A stretch of DNA of 64,000 bases from an uncultured Candidatus Saccharibacteria bacterium (lineage in GTDB: Bacteria > Patescibacteriota > Minisyncoccia > Phycocordibacterales > UBA918). Both the position numbers and the translations under genes were made by a program. The notes below the pieces were generated by a model, which had not been told where the DNA came from, searched no databases, and saw only the letters and a list, made by a program, of their open reading frames with translations. Below, in pieces: positions 19,688 through 29,800 of the stretch (within the stretch, counting starts at the first letter, position 1; every line of letters starts with the position of its first letter). The stretch spans positions 499 through 64,498 of the forward strand of contig CAZTWW010000001.1 in NCBI GenBank assembly GCA_964618165.1, read 5' to 3'.

Positions 19688-20845
19688 ATGAGTAGAACGA
19701 ATTCAACGTTCGGACTACTCCAAGCAGTGGCCTTTGTAGTTGGCCTTGCGATTCTTATTTGGTCGCTTGGTTTACCTGCATTCCGTTTTGCGGAGGCCGC
19801 AAATGTCAGATTAGTCAGTGATACACTGTCGGATTCAGCACCAAGTGTGCCATCAAATCACACCATCTCATTTGTTACACCATCAGGTGTTGCAAACGGT
19901 GAATCTATTGTTATCAACTTCTCAGAAGGACCGTTTGTCCTCGGGGCAGTCGCATTTGATGACGTAGACATTCGTGATGATGGAACGGATCTGTCAGTGG
20001 CAGCAGGTTGTGGTGGCACTGAAGAAGTTGGGTTTTCAACCTCTACCAATCAGATCACCCTTCAGTTTTGTCCTGGCGACGGGGCTTCATTACCTGCAAA
20101 TGGTACAACCACTATTGAGATCGGAACCAACGCCACCTTTGGTGCAACTGGTAACGCTCAGCTCACTAACCCTGGTGTAGGCTCATACGAGATCAACATC
20201 ACGGCTGGTTCGCAGGATAGTGGTGCTACGCGAGTAGCTATCATTTCTCCAGTTGTCGTTACTGCTGCTGTCGATACGAGCTTTACCTTTACGGTAGCTG
20301 GTCTCGGTGGTACAGGTGATGTCAACTCGGAGCCGATCACTGGTACGAGTACCGCTACTACCATTCCGTTTGGTACATTGACTGCGAACACTGCATCAAC
20401 TGCAGCACAGCAGCTTTCAGTGGCCACCAACGCAAGTTACGGATTTGCAGTAACGGTACAGGTTGATCAGCAACTGCTCTCATCAACTGGTGCTGACATT
20501 GACGGATTTATCGATGGTGCCTACACGTCAACTCCGGTTGCGTGGCAACCACCATCTGGTTCAATTAGTAATGAGAATTCATGGGGTCACTGGGGTATTA
20601 CCACAGAAGACGCCACGCTCACTGCTGGTTTGACCGACCCATTCAATGCGAGTTCAACCGGGCAGCTCTTCGTATCTGCCTCGACAACCCCAGTTGAAGT
20701 GTTTCGACACAATGGTCCATCTGACGGTACTACCGCTAATATCGGCCGTACCCGCGTTGGATACAAGGTTGAAATTTCACCGCTACAAGAAGCCGGTGAT
20801 GACTACAATGCAACGCTGACATACGTTGCGACACCAGTGTTCTAG
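19688..20845 (+). CDS. Secreted protein (385 aa) with the shared WxL-like C-terminal domain
   Basis: N-terminal hydrophobic signal LLQAVAFVVGLAILIWSLGLPAFRFAEA. The C-terminus '...TIPFGTLTAN...WGHWGITTEDATLTAG...RTRVGYKVEISP...DDYNATLTYVATPVF' is shared with the other three surface proteins. Confidence 0.8.
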   Translation: MSRTNSTFGLLQAVAFVVGLAILIWSLGLPAFRFAEAANVRLVSDTLSDSAPSVPSNHTISFVTPSGVANGESIVINFSEGPFVLGAVAFDDVDIRDDGTDLSVAAGCGGTEEVGFSTSTNQITLQFCPGDGASLPANGTTTIEIGTNATFGATGNAQLTNPGVGSYEINITAGSQDSGATRVAIISPVVVTAAVDTSFTFTVAGLGGTGDVNSEPITGTSTATTIPFGTLTANTASTAAQQLSVATNASYGFAVTVQVDQQLLSSTGADIDGFIDGAYTSTPVAWQPPSGSISNENSWGHWGITTEDATLTAGLTDPFNASSTGQLFVSASTTPVEVFRHNGPSDGTTANIGRTRVGYKVEISPLQEAGDDYNATLTYVATPVF

Positions 20846-20881
20846 TGAATATTGGTCCAAGCTTGGAGTAATACGCAAAAA

Positions 20882-20910
20882 TTCCCCCCACCACGGGGGA
20901 TTTTTGTTTG
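20882..20910 (+). terminator. Intrinsic terminator after the 385-aa gene
   Basis: Hairpin TCCCCCCA-cca-CGGGGGA followed by TTTTTGTTTG. Confidence 0.8.
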
Positions 20911-20955
20911 TGTAAAACAAGTCAATTCTTGTGCCTGTGCTTGTATACTAATCAT

Positions 20956-21975
20956 ATGTTACGGATTGTTTTTGTCCTCGGACTCTTTCTTTGTGCGCTA
21001 CCCGCACAAGCTGCAACCCTATACATTGATCCACCACAACCAACCCTCAATCGTGGTGATGCCGTAACGCTCGCGGTGCGGGTTGATACCGATGAGGCGG
21101 CAGGTGAGTGTATTAATGCTATTGATGGTGTTATTACCTATAGTGATGGTATTAACCCGGTCGATATATCGCTTGGTGAATCAATTCTTCCAGTCTGGGT
21201 AGAACAACCAACCATCGATAAAGAGAATCGTCGCATCACGTTTGCCGGTGGTATTCCAAACGGCTACTGTGGGCGTGTTGAAGGCGATCCGCGGTTAACG
21301 AACGTTATTGCAGAACTCGTATTTCGGGCGCCTGGTCTTACTGTCGGTGGTGATGAGCCAAACAATACCGCTAGTGTTTCGTTTGCACCAGAGACGAACG
21401 TTTATCTAAATGACGGCTTTGGTAGCATTGCGCCATTATCGACACTTGGCGCAGAAATTACCCTGACACAAGCACTTGGTTCTGAAATTGTTGATGTGTG
21501 GCGTGAGGATATTAATGCAGACACGGTCCCGCCGGAAGAGTTTTCGATTACACTCGAACGTGATGAGTTTGCGTTTGAGCAGAAGTACTACATCGTATTT
21601 AACACCACTGATAAACAAACCGGGATTAGTCATTACGAGGTAATTGAAGAAGCCCCACAAGACGCTCGTCTCTTCTCATTTGGTGCCGCCACCGCTCCAT
21701 GGGAGCGAGCTCGTAGCCCATATGTGCTGAAAGATCAGACGCTTAAAAGCACCATACGAGTTCGGGCTATCGATAAAGCCGGTAATGAATACGTAGCCAC
21801 ACTTGCACCGCAGAATGCCAGTCGATTCTCGGTAACTGACTATATGTTGATTGGAGGAGCTACACTGCTCGCGGCCCTCATTATTGGTGTCACCGTATGG
21901 TTTGCTCGTCGCCGTCGCCGCAACATAGCGATGACTACCGGTGTAATGCCAGATGATAAGACAGATATCGTATGA
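20956..21975 (+). CDS. Membrane-anchored cohesin-like protein (340 aa) with signal peptide, cohesin-like beta-sandwich and C-terminal TM helix plus RRRRR stop-transfer
   Basis: I chose the internal ATG at 20956 (MLRIVFVLGLFLCALPAQA) because it lies just downstream of the terminator. Cohesin-like segment ATLYIDPPQPTLNRGDAVTLAVRV...INAIDGVITYSDGINPVDISLG...ITFAGG...VIAELVFRAPG. C-terminal TM helix LIGGATLLAALIIGVTVWFARRRRRN. Confidence 0.65.
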   Translation: MLRIVFVLGLFLCALPAQAATLYIDPPQPTLNRGDAVTLAVRVDTDEAAGECINAIDGVITYSDGINPVDISLGESILPVWVEQPTIDKENRRITFAGGIPNGYCGRVEGDPRLTNVIAELVFRAPGLTVGGDEPNNTASVSFAPETNVYLNDGFGSIAPLSTLGAEITLTQALGSEIVDVWREDINADTVPPEEFSITLERDEFAFEQKYYIVFNTTDKQTGISHYEVIEEAPQDARLFSFGAATAPWERARSPYVLKDQTLKSTIRVRAIDKAGNEYVATLAPQNASRFSVTDYMLIGGATLLAALIIGVTVWFARRRRRNIAMTTGVMPDDKTDIV

Positions 21976-23690
21976 AAAAGCTAATTGTTCTTACCTTTGT
22001 TCTTTTGAGTTTTTTGGTAGCTGATAGCGTGTTGGCTTCCACGCTCAGTCTCTCGCCAGCAACTGGCGTTTATACGACGGGTAGTACGTTTACCGTACGT
22101 GTTACTGTTAATACGAAAGGGGCGCCTATCAATGCGGCTGATGGTACGTTGTCGTTTAATCCGAAAGAGCTCCAGGTGGTGTCGGTATCCCGTGGGTCAT
22201 CAATTTTCAACCTCTGGACAACTGAACCAACCTTCTCAAATAGTGCCGGCACTATCTCATTTAGTGGCGGGTCACCGACTGGATACACTGGTAGCGGTGG
22301 TACGATTATGTCGGTTACGTTCCGTACTCTTGGAGCCGGCTCACCGCGGGTGAGTATGACCAATGGTTCAGTTCTCGCTGCTGATGGTCGAGGTACAAAT
22401 GTCCTCACAACGATGGGAAGTGGAGCGTATACGGTATCAGCTGTTGCCGACACCCCAATCCCTGAAGCAATTGTTGAATTTGTCCCGCCAGCGAATACTC
22501 CAGCTGCACCAAAAATCATCTCAGAGACCCACGGTGACGGTACGGGGTGGTCAAAAGAGCGTACCGCGCGACTCTCATGGACAGTTCCGGGTGATGTGAC
22601 AGCAGTCCGTACCCTGCTTGATGAAAATCCGACTTCAATCCCGACCAAAGTCTATGATTCACCAATTCGTGATATCACCATCGATGATTTGCCAGATGGT
22701 ATATCGTATTTCCATATACAGTTCAAAAACGATGAAGGGTGGGGCAGGGTAGCGCACTATCGACTGGCTGTTGACTCTTCAGCGCCACAAGGATTTGTCG
22801 TGATGTTGGCCCCTGATAGCAATCTCGCAAATCCGACCCAAACTCTTATCGCTACCACCACCGATACTCTTGGTGCCCCAATCAAAACCTTCAAGATACG
22901 AGTGAACAATGGTGAGGAGATTATCCAAGAGAATACTGCTGCTGGACAAATTAAGCTAGAAAATCTTTCGCCTGGACAGCAGGTGGTAGATGTGGAGGCA
23001 GTTGATGCAGCTGGCAACACGGTTGAGACCTCATTCACTTTTGAGATTGAAGCATTTGAGGCACCACGTTTTACTGATGTGCCGGCTATTGTTAATTCAG
23101 GAGTGATTCCAGTGATTACCGGAACCACAAGACCAAAGTCATCAGTTAAGGTTGTGCTGTCATTGGCTGGAGCGTCACCAATTGAGTACACGGTGACTGC
23201 TCAAGACGACGGAACCTTCCGTTTTGTGCCTGATGCAAAGCTAGTCGATGGTGTTTACAAAGTGTCTGCTCAAGCGACCGATGAGTTTGGCGCCATGAGT
23301 GAGTTGTCGAGTGAGATAAGCTTCGTTGTCCAGCCATCAGGGTTTGTACGTATTGGTGGTATCTTGATTAGCTTCCTCTCAATTATTGTGCCACTCATTG
23401 CACTCTTATTCCTCACTGCTTTTACTTGGTTCTTCTTCCTCGCTCGGTATCGTACCTGGCGAAGGAAGGTGGCGAGAGAAAGTGGTGAGGTGATGTCTGC
23501 ACTCCATGAGCAGTTTAGACAACTCTCTACGGTTATTGACGAACACGAAGAAAAGCTCCAGTCATCACGAAAGACTAAGAAACTCACTGCCGCCGAAGAA
23601 GCTCTCATCACTGATCTCCGTACTGTTCTGAGAGGTGCAGAGTCGGTAGTTGAAAAGGAGGTGAAAGATGTTACTGATTTAACCGATTAA
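21972..23690 (+). CDS. Membrane-spanning cohesin-like protein (572 aa) with N-terminal cohesin-like domain, Ig-like regions, TM helix and cytoplasmic coiled-coil tail
   Basis: ATGA start/stop overlap with the upstream gene. Signal peptide. Cohesin-like segment LSLSPATGVYTTGSTFTVRVTVNT...INAADGTLSFNPKELQVVSVS...SIFNLW...ISFSGG...IMSVTFRTLGAG. TM helix IGGILISFLSIIVPLIALLFLTAFTWFFFLA followed by RYRTWRRK and a charged helical tail. Confidence 0.65.
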   Translation: MKKLIVLTFVLLSFLVADSVLASTLSLSPATGVYTTGSTFTVRVTVNTKGAPINAADGTLSFNPKELQVVSVSRGSSIFNLWTTEPTFSNSAGTISFSGGSPTGYTGSGGTIMSVTFRTLGAGSPRVSMTNGSVLAADGRGTNVLTTMGSGAYTVSAVADTPIPEAIVEFVPPANTPAAPKIISETHGDGTGWSKERTARLSWTVPGDVTAVRTLLDENPTSIPTKVYDSPIRDITIDDLPDGISYFHIQFKNDEGWGRVAHYRLAVDSSAPQGFVVMLAPDSNLANPTQTLIATTTDTLGAPIKTFKIRVNNGEEIIQENTAAGQIKLENLSPGQQVVDVEAVDAAGNTVETSFTFEIEAFEAPRFTDVPAIVNSGVIPVITGTTRPKSSVKVVLSLAGASPIEYTVTAQDDGTFRFVPDAKLVDGVYKVSAQATDEFGAMSELSSEISFVVQPSGFVRIGGILISFLSIIVPLIALLFLTAFTWFFFLARYRTWRRKVARESGEVMSALHEQFRQLSTVIDEHEEKLQSSRKTKKLTAAEEALITDLRTVLRGAESVVEKEVKDVTDLTD

Positions 23691-23691
23691 C

Positions 23692-24375
23692 ATGACAGAA
23701 AAACTGACTACAAAAAACATCGCAATTACACTTATCACTGTTATCGTAATTACAGTTGTTGCATCACGCTATATCAAAGCTGAGGTGAGTGAAGCGCTTC
23801 GTGATACTGAAGACACAGTGCGTGGTCAAATTGCGATTCAAACTGAACGGGTGCGAACAATTGCTGACGCCACAAAACTCAATCAAGGTGACGATGTAGC
23901 AACGTCTCTCGTGCTTGATTGTTCTGGTGATAATCGTCTCAAGTTTGATAGGTTGCTTGATAAGTTATCTGCTGATATCACTCGAACCGAGCTACTTGAA
24001 CTCGATAGTATTTTTCCAGATTGTGCAAACTACACTGCTGAGATAAAAAACATCATGGCAGCACGTCTCTTGCAAGAAGTAGAAATATTTGATCAGCATA
24101 AACAGCTCCTTGATAAACTCCGTGTTGAAGATGAATCTGTTGCGGCTAAAATTGACTTATGGAAGCGTGTTGCCGAAGGTGAGCAGAACGCGGCAAAACA
24201 ATACAGACAGTTGGTCAGCTTACAACGAGATATTATTCGTACGCTACTGGCAGGTAAGTCCAAAGATTCAGCTGAAATTAAGGCAATACTCACACAAGTC
24301 ACTAATGTAAAGAATGAAATGACAGTTACCCGCTCACAAATTGAAAATGTCCGTGCCGAGCTTGCGGCTTTATGA
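23692..24375 (+). CDS. Membrane-anchored coiled-coil protein (227 aa), unknown function
   Basis: Starts 2 nt after the previous stop. N-terminal TM helix IAITLITVIVITVVAS. The remainder is heptad-rich helical sequence. Confidence 0.65.
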   Translation: MTEKLTTKNIAITLITVIVITVVASRYIKAEVSEALRDTEDTVRGQIAIQTERVRTIADATKLNQGDDVATSLVLDCSGDNRLKFDRLLDKLSADITRTELLELDSIFPDCANYTAEIKNIMAARLLQEVEIFDQHKQLLDKLRVEDESVAAKIDLWKRVAEGEQNAAKQYRQLVSLQRDIIRTLLAGKSKDSAEIKAILTQVTNVKNEMTVTRSQIENVRAELAAL

Positions 24376-25130
24376 TGCAACTTTTACGTACTATTCTTGA
24401 GAAACTAGCACCAAGCTTTTTTCTCCGTAATACGAAGACAATTCATTATGCATTCTCGCTCCTGCTTCTCATGGCATTTGCGGTGGGAGTGGCGAGCGTA
24501 GTTGGTTCAGAGCGAACGAGCATTCTCATTGAATCATCAGTAGAGACGGTAGTTGAGAATGATTTATTCTCAATTCGTGTCTATGCGGTGGCAACCACAC
24601 CGGTTAATGCGGTGTCTTTATCGATAGCGACACCATCAGAGTTTGTTGAGGTGATGGGTGTTGATAGAGGGGAGTCAGTTATCACCCTCTGGACGAATGA
24701 GCCAAAAGTTGAGGGTGGGGTAGTAACCCTCGAAGGCGGAACGTACCGCCGAGGTTTTGTAGGGAAACACCTGATCGCAACAATCAATCTAAAAGCAAAG
24801 AAGAATGGGCAGGCAACAATTGTAGCAACTGATGCTAATCTACTTGCGGGCGATGGGCGTGGGACGGTGGTAGCAACAGATATATCGAAAGCTAAACGTA
24901 GTCTGTCGATAGGAACAAAGTCTACCGACGGGGAACAGGTAACGTTTGATGCAGCGGTTGTTATTGTGACTGACCTTGATGGAGATGGAGCGGTCTCACT
25001 CAGTGATATATCTACTTTTATGGGAGAGTGGATACGTCAGAACAATCGCTATGATTTTAATAATGATGGAGCAATGACTTTTAAAGACTTCTCGATTCTT
25101 CTGGCTAACTACTTTAAGTCCGCCTCTTAG
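24372..25130 (+). CDS. Adaptor-like protein carrying both a cohesin-like and a dockerin-like domain (252 aa)
   Basis: ATGA overlap with the upstream gene. N-terminal TM/signal FSLLLLMAFAVGVASVVG. Cohesin-like segment FSIRVYAVATTPVNAVSLSIATPSEFVEVMGVDRGESVITLW...VTLEGG...LIATINLKAKKNGQATIV. C-terminal dockerin repeats TDLDGDGAVSLSDISTFM and DFNNDGAMTFKDFSILLANY. Confidence 0.7.
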   Translation: MMQLLRTILEKLAPSFFLRNTKTIHYAFSLLLLMAFAVGVASVVGSERTSILIESSVETVVENDLFSIRVYAVATTPVNAVSLSIATPSEFVEVMGVDRGESVITLWTNEPKVEGGVVTLEGGTYRRGFVGKHLIATINLKAKKNGQATIVATDANLLAGDGRGTVVATDISKAKRSLSIGTKSTDGEQVTFDAAVVIVTDLDGDGAVSLSDISTFMGEWIRQNNRYDFNNDGAMTFKDFSILLANYFKSAS

Positions 25131-25168
25131 TTAGTGTTGATAACCAATCGGGAGTCTTGACAGTACAC

Positions 25169-25177
25169 TGGTATTAT
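25169..25177 (+). promoter_or_regulatory. Extended -10 element TGGTATTAT upstream of the 25219 gene
   Basis: TGnTATTAT lies 41 nt upstream of the ATG, with TTGACA immediately upstream but too close (9 nt) to serve as its -35. Confidence 0.3.
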
Positions 25178-25218
25178 ATGTGTACTGGAACTGTTGTATC
25201 ACCATCAGTCCAATTACG

Positions 25219-26757
25219 ATGAAACAAATACCAGCCCATACACAAAAAGTAACACTCACTACAGTGAGGCAGCCAATTGGTCTTTACCGTTTGGTATTTC
25301 AGAGTGTGTGGTCAAGTTTGTTCGTCATTCTCCTCATCACCTCTTTCTTCCTTCAGACATTTGAGCGAGCGCTCGCAAATGAAGTTGTCGAAGAGTCTGC
25401 TACTTCGCTGTCGCCACTCATTACTGACGACTTGATAGAAAGAGTTGAATCAGATGCGGTACCGATTGCGATAGAGCGTGCAGAAACACCAACAGAAGAT
25501 GTTCTGATACCACCAGAGATAACCGAAGCTGAACCGGTTAATCAACCGGATCCAACGACTATTCCGATTGATACTTCACCACCGCCACCACAGATTGAAG
25601 ATGGTAATTCAGTACCCGAATCGCCTCCTGATATAGGCACTACAACGCTTGACGAAACTCTGACAGAGGAAATCTCTCCAGAGTCTTTGCTCGTAGATAC
25701 TGGTACAAGTACGCCGACTCTGACCGTCGAAAGCGATCAAATGATTCAGTTTAATAAAAATAATTGTGTAGCCGTTGAGGATGGCTCATTCTACTGTCAA
25801 AAAGCCTCTACCTCGGTAGCGGTGGCAGATGAAGGCCTCTATAGTCTTCCGGACGCTGATGGTGATCTTGAGATTTACCTGAAGCGTGCTGGTGAACTTA
25901 CCCAGCTGACACAGAATACTGTTGATGACGCGTCACCGTATTACGATCCTGCATCAGATACGATTGTGTGGCATCGTGTTATAGATGAGCGGTATCAGAT
26001 CATGGTTATGGATGTAGCCTCTGGTGAGGAGACACAGCTTACCGATACTTCGACTAACAATATGGAGCCGTTTCGTTCGGATAACATAATTGTGTGGCAG
26101 CATTGGGAGAATAATGCCTGGCAAATTATGTTCTTTGATGGACAGACCATTGCTCAACTTACCGACACTGTTGAACACAATCTTGCACCGGTCGTCCGTA
26201 ATGGCTTGGTAGTTTGGCATCGAATCACGAATGGTGTGAAGACAATTGAGGTCTACGATATTTCCACCGCCTCCTTTATGACTATTGAAGATGAGGGTGG
26301 TGGAACGGTTACTAATCCGCGTATGGTGCTTGTGTTTGATTCGACTATGGATAACGGTGATACTGTGACAAAGGGCTATGACCTTGTCACAGGTGAGATT
26401 ACTGAGTTTGAAGCAGAACCAGCCCCACTACCAGAAGAAATTCCAACTCCTGATCCAATTGAGGAAGCGAGGGCACTAGTCCAGTCAAAGTCGACTGGTC
26501 GTGAGTCTGGTGAAAATATTGACACTGATTTAACTGGTTCTACAACGCCGATGATTGATCCGCCTATAGATGCCGTGACGTCAAGTTCAAGTTTCACAGC
26601 CGGAACAACATTAACACTTGACCTGAGTTCAGCGACGTCAAGTATAGTGACAGAGTTACCACAGGTAGCACCACTCCCTGCAGATTATATTACTGATGTT
26701 GTGATACCTCCGTATCAAGCGACATCTTCTCAGGATATCGATACTGTGGTGGAGTAG
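25219..26757 (+). CDS. Membrane-anchored protein (513 aa) with acidic Pro/Glu/Thr-rich linker and beta-propeller-like repeats (TolB/PD40-like)
   Basis: I chose the internal ATG at 25219. TM helix LFVILLITSFFL. An acidic linker of about 120 aa. Repeats of the form '..IVW[HQ]...~...QI...D..~G...QLTDT....~P.....' occur 4-5 times. Confidence 0.6.
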   Translation: MKQIPAHTQKVTLTTVRQPIGLYRLVFQSVWSSLFVILLITSFFLQTFERALANEVVEESATSLSPLITDDLIERVESDAVPIAIERAETPTEDVLIPPEITEAEPVNQPDPTTIPIDTSPPPPQIEDGNSVPESPPDIGTTTLDETLTEEISPESLLVDTGTSTPTLTVESDQMIQFNKNNCVAVEDGSFYCQKASTSVAVADEGLYSLPDADGDLEIYLKRAGELTQLTQNTVDDASPYYDPASDTIVWHRVIDERYQIMVMDVASGEETQLTDTSTNNMEPFRSDNIIVWQHWENNAWQIMFFDGQTIAQLTDTVEHNLAPVVRNGLVVWHRITNGVKTIEVYDISTASFMTIEDEGGGTVTNPRMVLVFDSTMDNGDTVTKGYDLVTGEITEFEAEPAPLPEEIPTPDPIEEARALVQSKSTGRESGENIDTDLTGSTTPMIDPPIDAVTSSSSFTAGTTLTLDLSSATSSIVTELPQVAPLPADYITDVVIPPYQATSSQDIDTVVE

Positions 26758-26826
26758 TTTCTCTACAATAAAAGCGTGGTCTCGTAACCCTGAACGTGCG
26801 AGAATAAAGGCATGTGGAGGTTTCCC

Positions 26827-29800
26827 ATGTCTTTTTTCTGTGACTGCAGGCGACCAGTGGCTTTGCTGTTGCTGGTGGTGACGTTTGGTCTCAATCTCAC
26901 TATTCTTGAGTATGTGACTTGGCCACAGTTCGCTGAGGCAGCGGTTGTAACGGTTGATGCCACCGTAAGTCTCGATGCTAACGCCTTTTTCTTTGGTGGC
27001 TCACAAACAGTTTTCGTTTCTGATCAGGTGGGGTATAAGTTTTATCCTGATAGTACCGGGCAGTGTGTGTATAGTAAAACCACTAATGGTGCAGTGAGTT
27101 GGAATACTCCTGTTATTGTGGATGCGCAGACTGACTGCGCCAGTATTTCTGTATGGTATGACCAGTGGACACCAAATGATTACGGTACTTATATCCATAT
27201 CGCAACTATGGATACAGCTGCTGCAACCGATCGTCTTTACTACAATCGCCTCGATACCACCAATGATTCATTACTCCTTGGTACTACTCCAGTGGTGACG
27301 AGTAGTAACTCAGGCCAAGGCGGTACGTTTGTGTCTGGTACCAATAGCGTAACTGTTACAAAGAGTACCAGTAATGAAGTGTTCATGGCTGTCTCAGATG
27401 CAACTGATTCGTTTGTGGTTCGCTGTTCTACAAACTGTAACTTGACCACTGGCTGGACCGAAGCGGGGACGGCCTTTATGGACCTTGATAATGATTGGAA
27501 TATACTCATGCCCGTTTCATCTGGCGGTGTACTCCTCATTAACCGCGACATTAGCCTTGATGATATCAGATCACGCTTTTGGAATGGTTCGTCGTGGTCA
27601 GTGAGTTGGACTAATGTCGATACGAATGCAGTAGAGAATGCGACCTATGACGTGAGTATGGCAGCGGTAATTGATCATACCAATGGCGACATTTATCTAG
27701 CCTATGGAGCCGATCACGATAACTACACGACCCTCGACCACGACATCCGTACGGCTAAGTTTTCTTCTGGATCTTGGACTGGTACGACAGCTGTGTTTAC
27801 TAATCGTGCGCTCCGTGGACTCCATACCGTTGCGATTGCACTTGATACCAATACGAGTACTGTCTATGTTGCATACATCCTCCGCACGACACCAGGCACC
27901 GCGACGACCGGTAACGTGTACTGGGCTACATCTACCTCAGCAATGTCTGCCTGGAGTGCAGAGCGTGGACCAGTTAATATCACCGCTGGAGATCTTCGTG
28001 GACTTGACCTCAACCTCATGAGTGATGAGCGTATCTATGTGACGTGGCAGGACCCGGCTCCAGACGATATCTTTGGTGAAACTTTAGCAGATATTGCACC
28101 AATAACGAAGTTGACTGCAAGTGGTACCCCAAGTACGACCATTGTTGCGAGTACCAGCAATGCGTATGTGGGTGGTAAGTTTGTTATACGTGAGAGTGTC
28201 ACAAGTCGTAATTTGACCGATATACTCTTTACTGAACGTGGGACTATAGCGGCTGATACAGCGCTCGCAAATGTGCGCTTGCGCTATGACCTTGATACGA
28301 CCGCGCCATATGATTGTGCGAGTGAGTCATATGCTGGTACCGAACCACAATACGGCCTTACCGATACCGATGGCTTCTCAAGCACTAACGGTACTGTCTC
28401 GTTTGCTGGGCTCGTGAATATTTCTCCAACCCAAGCCTTTTGTGGGTATGTTGTACTCGACGTGCTTGATAGCGCCCTTGATGGAGATACGCTAGCGATA
28501 TCTGTTGAAACGCCGAATACTCACGTACTGGTGACTGGGGGTGTACTCGTGTCTCCAGCTGGTCCAGTTCGGTTTGCGACTTCAACCTTAATTCAAAATG
28601 ATGAGTTGACCCAAACCAGTTACCATTGGCGTAATGACAATGGTACTGAAGCTGCGGCTACCTCAGCTACTGGTGGTATAGCGAATACTCCGATTGCTGC
28701 GATTCTTCCTAATGTACCCCGTCGACTTCGTCTTCAGGTCTCAAACGAGGGTAGTCTCACGAGTCCAGCGACCGCCTTTCGTCTTGAGTATGCAGAGGCT
28801 ACTCCAACCTGTGATGGAGCAACTGGATGGACAGACGTTGGGGCAACGAATGATGCCTGGAATATGTCACTCTCAGCTAACCTCACTGAAGGAGCCAATA
28901 CAACCAATATCGCAGTGGCAACTGGAGGTGTGGCTGATGAGAATACTACTTTCCTGACCCCGAACGGTGGTGTTCGAGAGTCCTCGTCTCAAACTGGTTC
29001 ATTGACGTTATTAAACACTAACTTTGTTGAACTTGAGTATTCTATCGTGGCGTCAACCTCAGCCTCTGAGGGGTCGACGTACTGTTTTCGAGTTACCAAT
29101 GCCGGAACACCTCTGCCGGTATATACCCAGTATCCGGCTGCTACCATTGCGGCGGACGTGTCGGTCTCTGCCAGTGGCACCCAAGCGACATCACTTGTAA
29201 TTCCTTCAACGGTACAACATGTTGGAGGACAGTTTGTACTTCGTGAAAATACCAGTAATCGTAATATTACGAGTATTATGATTACAGAGAATGGTACCGT
29301 TGACGGTGCTGTTGGTTTAGATAACATCCAGCTCCGCTATGATCTTGATACCACCGCACCGCAAAACTGCGCGAGCGAAACCTATGCTGGTACTGAGGCG
29401 CAATTTGGAGTAACTGATACAGATGGATTTTCGGGTGCTAATGGTACGTCAACCTTTACGGGTACATTAGCGGTTTCAACTACTTCCACCGTCTGTCTCT
29501 ATGTGGTATTTGATGTAACCGGCTTGGCAGTAAATGGTGAGACGGTACAAATCGAAATTAATTCACCGGCGAACGATGTACAGGTGAGTACCGGTTCGGT
29601 GTCACCATCTACACCAATAGCACTCGCTGGTACGACAACGCTTGCTGGTGCGGTGATGACCCAAACTGGCTACCATTGGCGTAATAATGACGGTGGTGAA
29701 GCTACTTCGACTTCTGCCACAGTAGGGACAGAAAACACTATATTAACAGAGCATCTTGCGAACAGCCCAATCCGTCTTCGTTTAGCACTCTCAAATGAAG

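Noticed and set aside
19688-19780. Type IV pilin-like N-terminus for the 385-aa protein
   Set aside because: It is hydrophobic, but it lacks the G/FTLIE prepilin cleavage motif and the conserved Glu5. It is more consistent with an ordinary signal peptide.
22070-22648. 192-aa minus-strand ORF inside the cohesin-like gene; likewise 42409-43095 (minus) inside uvrB, 46058-46780 (minus) inside uvrA and 47804-48382 (minus) inside uvrC
   Set aside because: These are antisense to well-supported conserved genes. No RBS is present. They are typical shadow ORFs of GC-balanced coding sequence.
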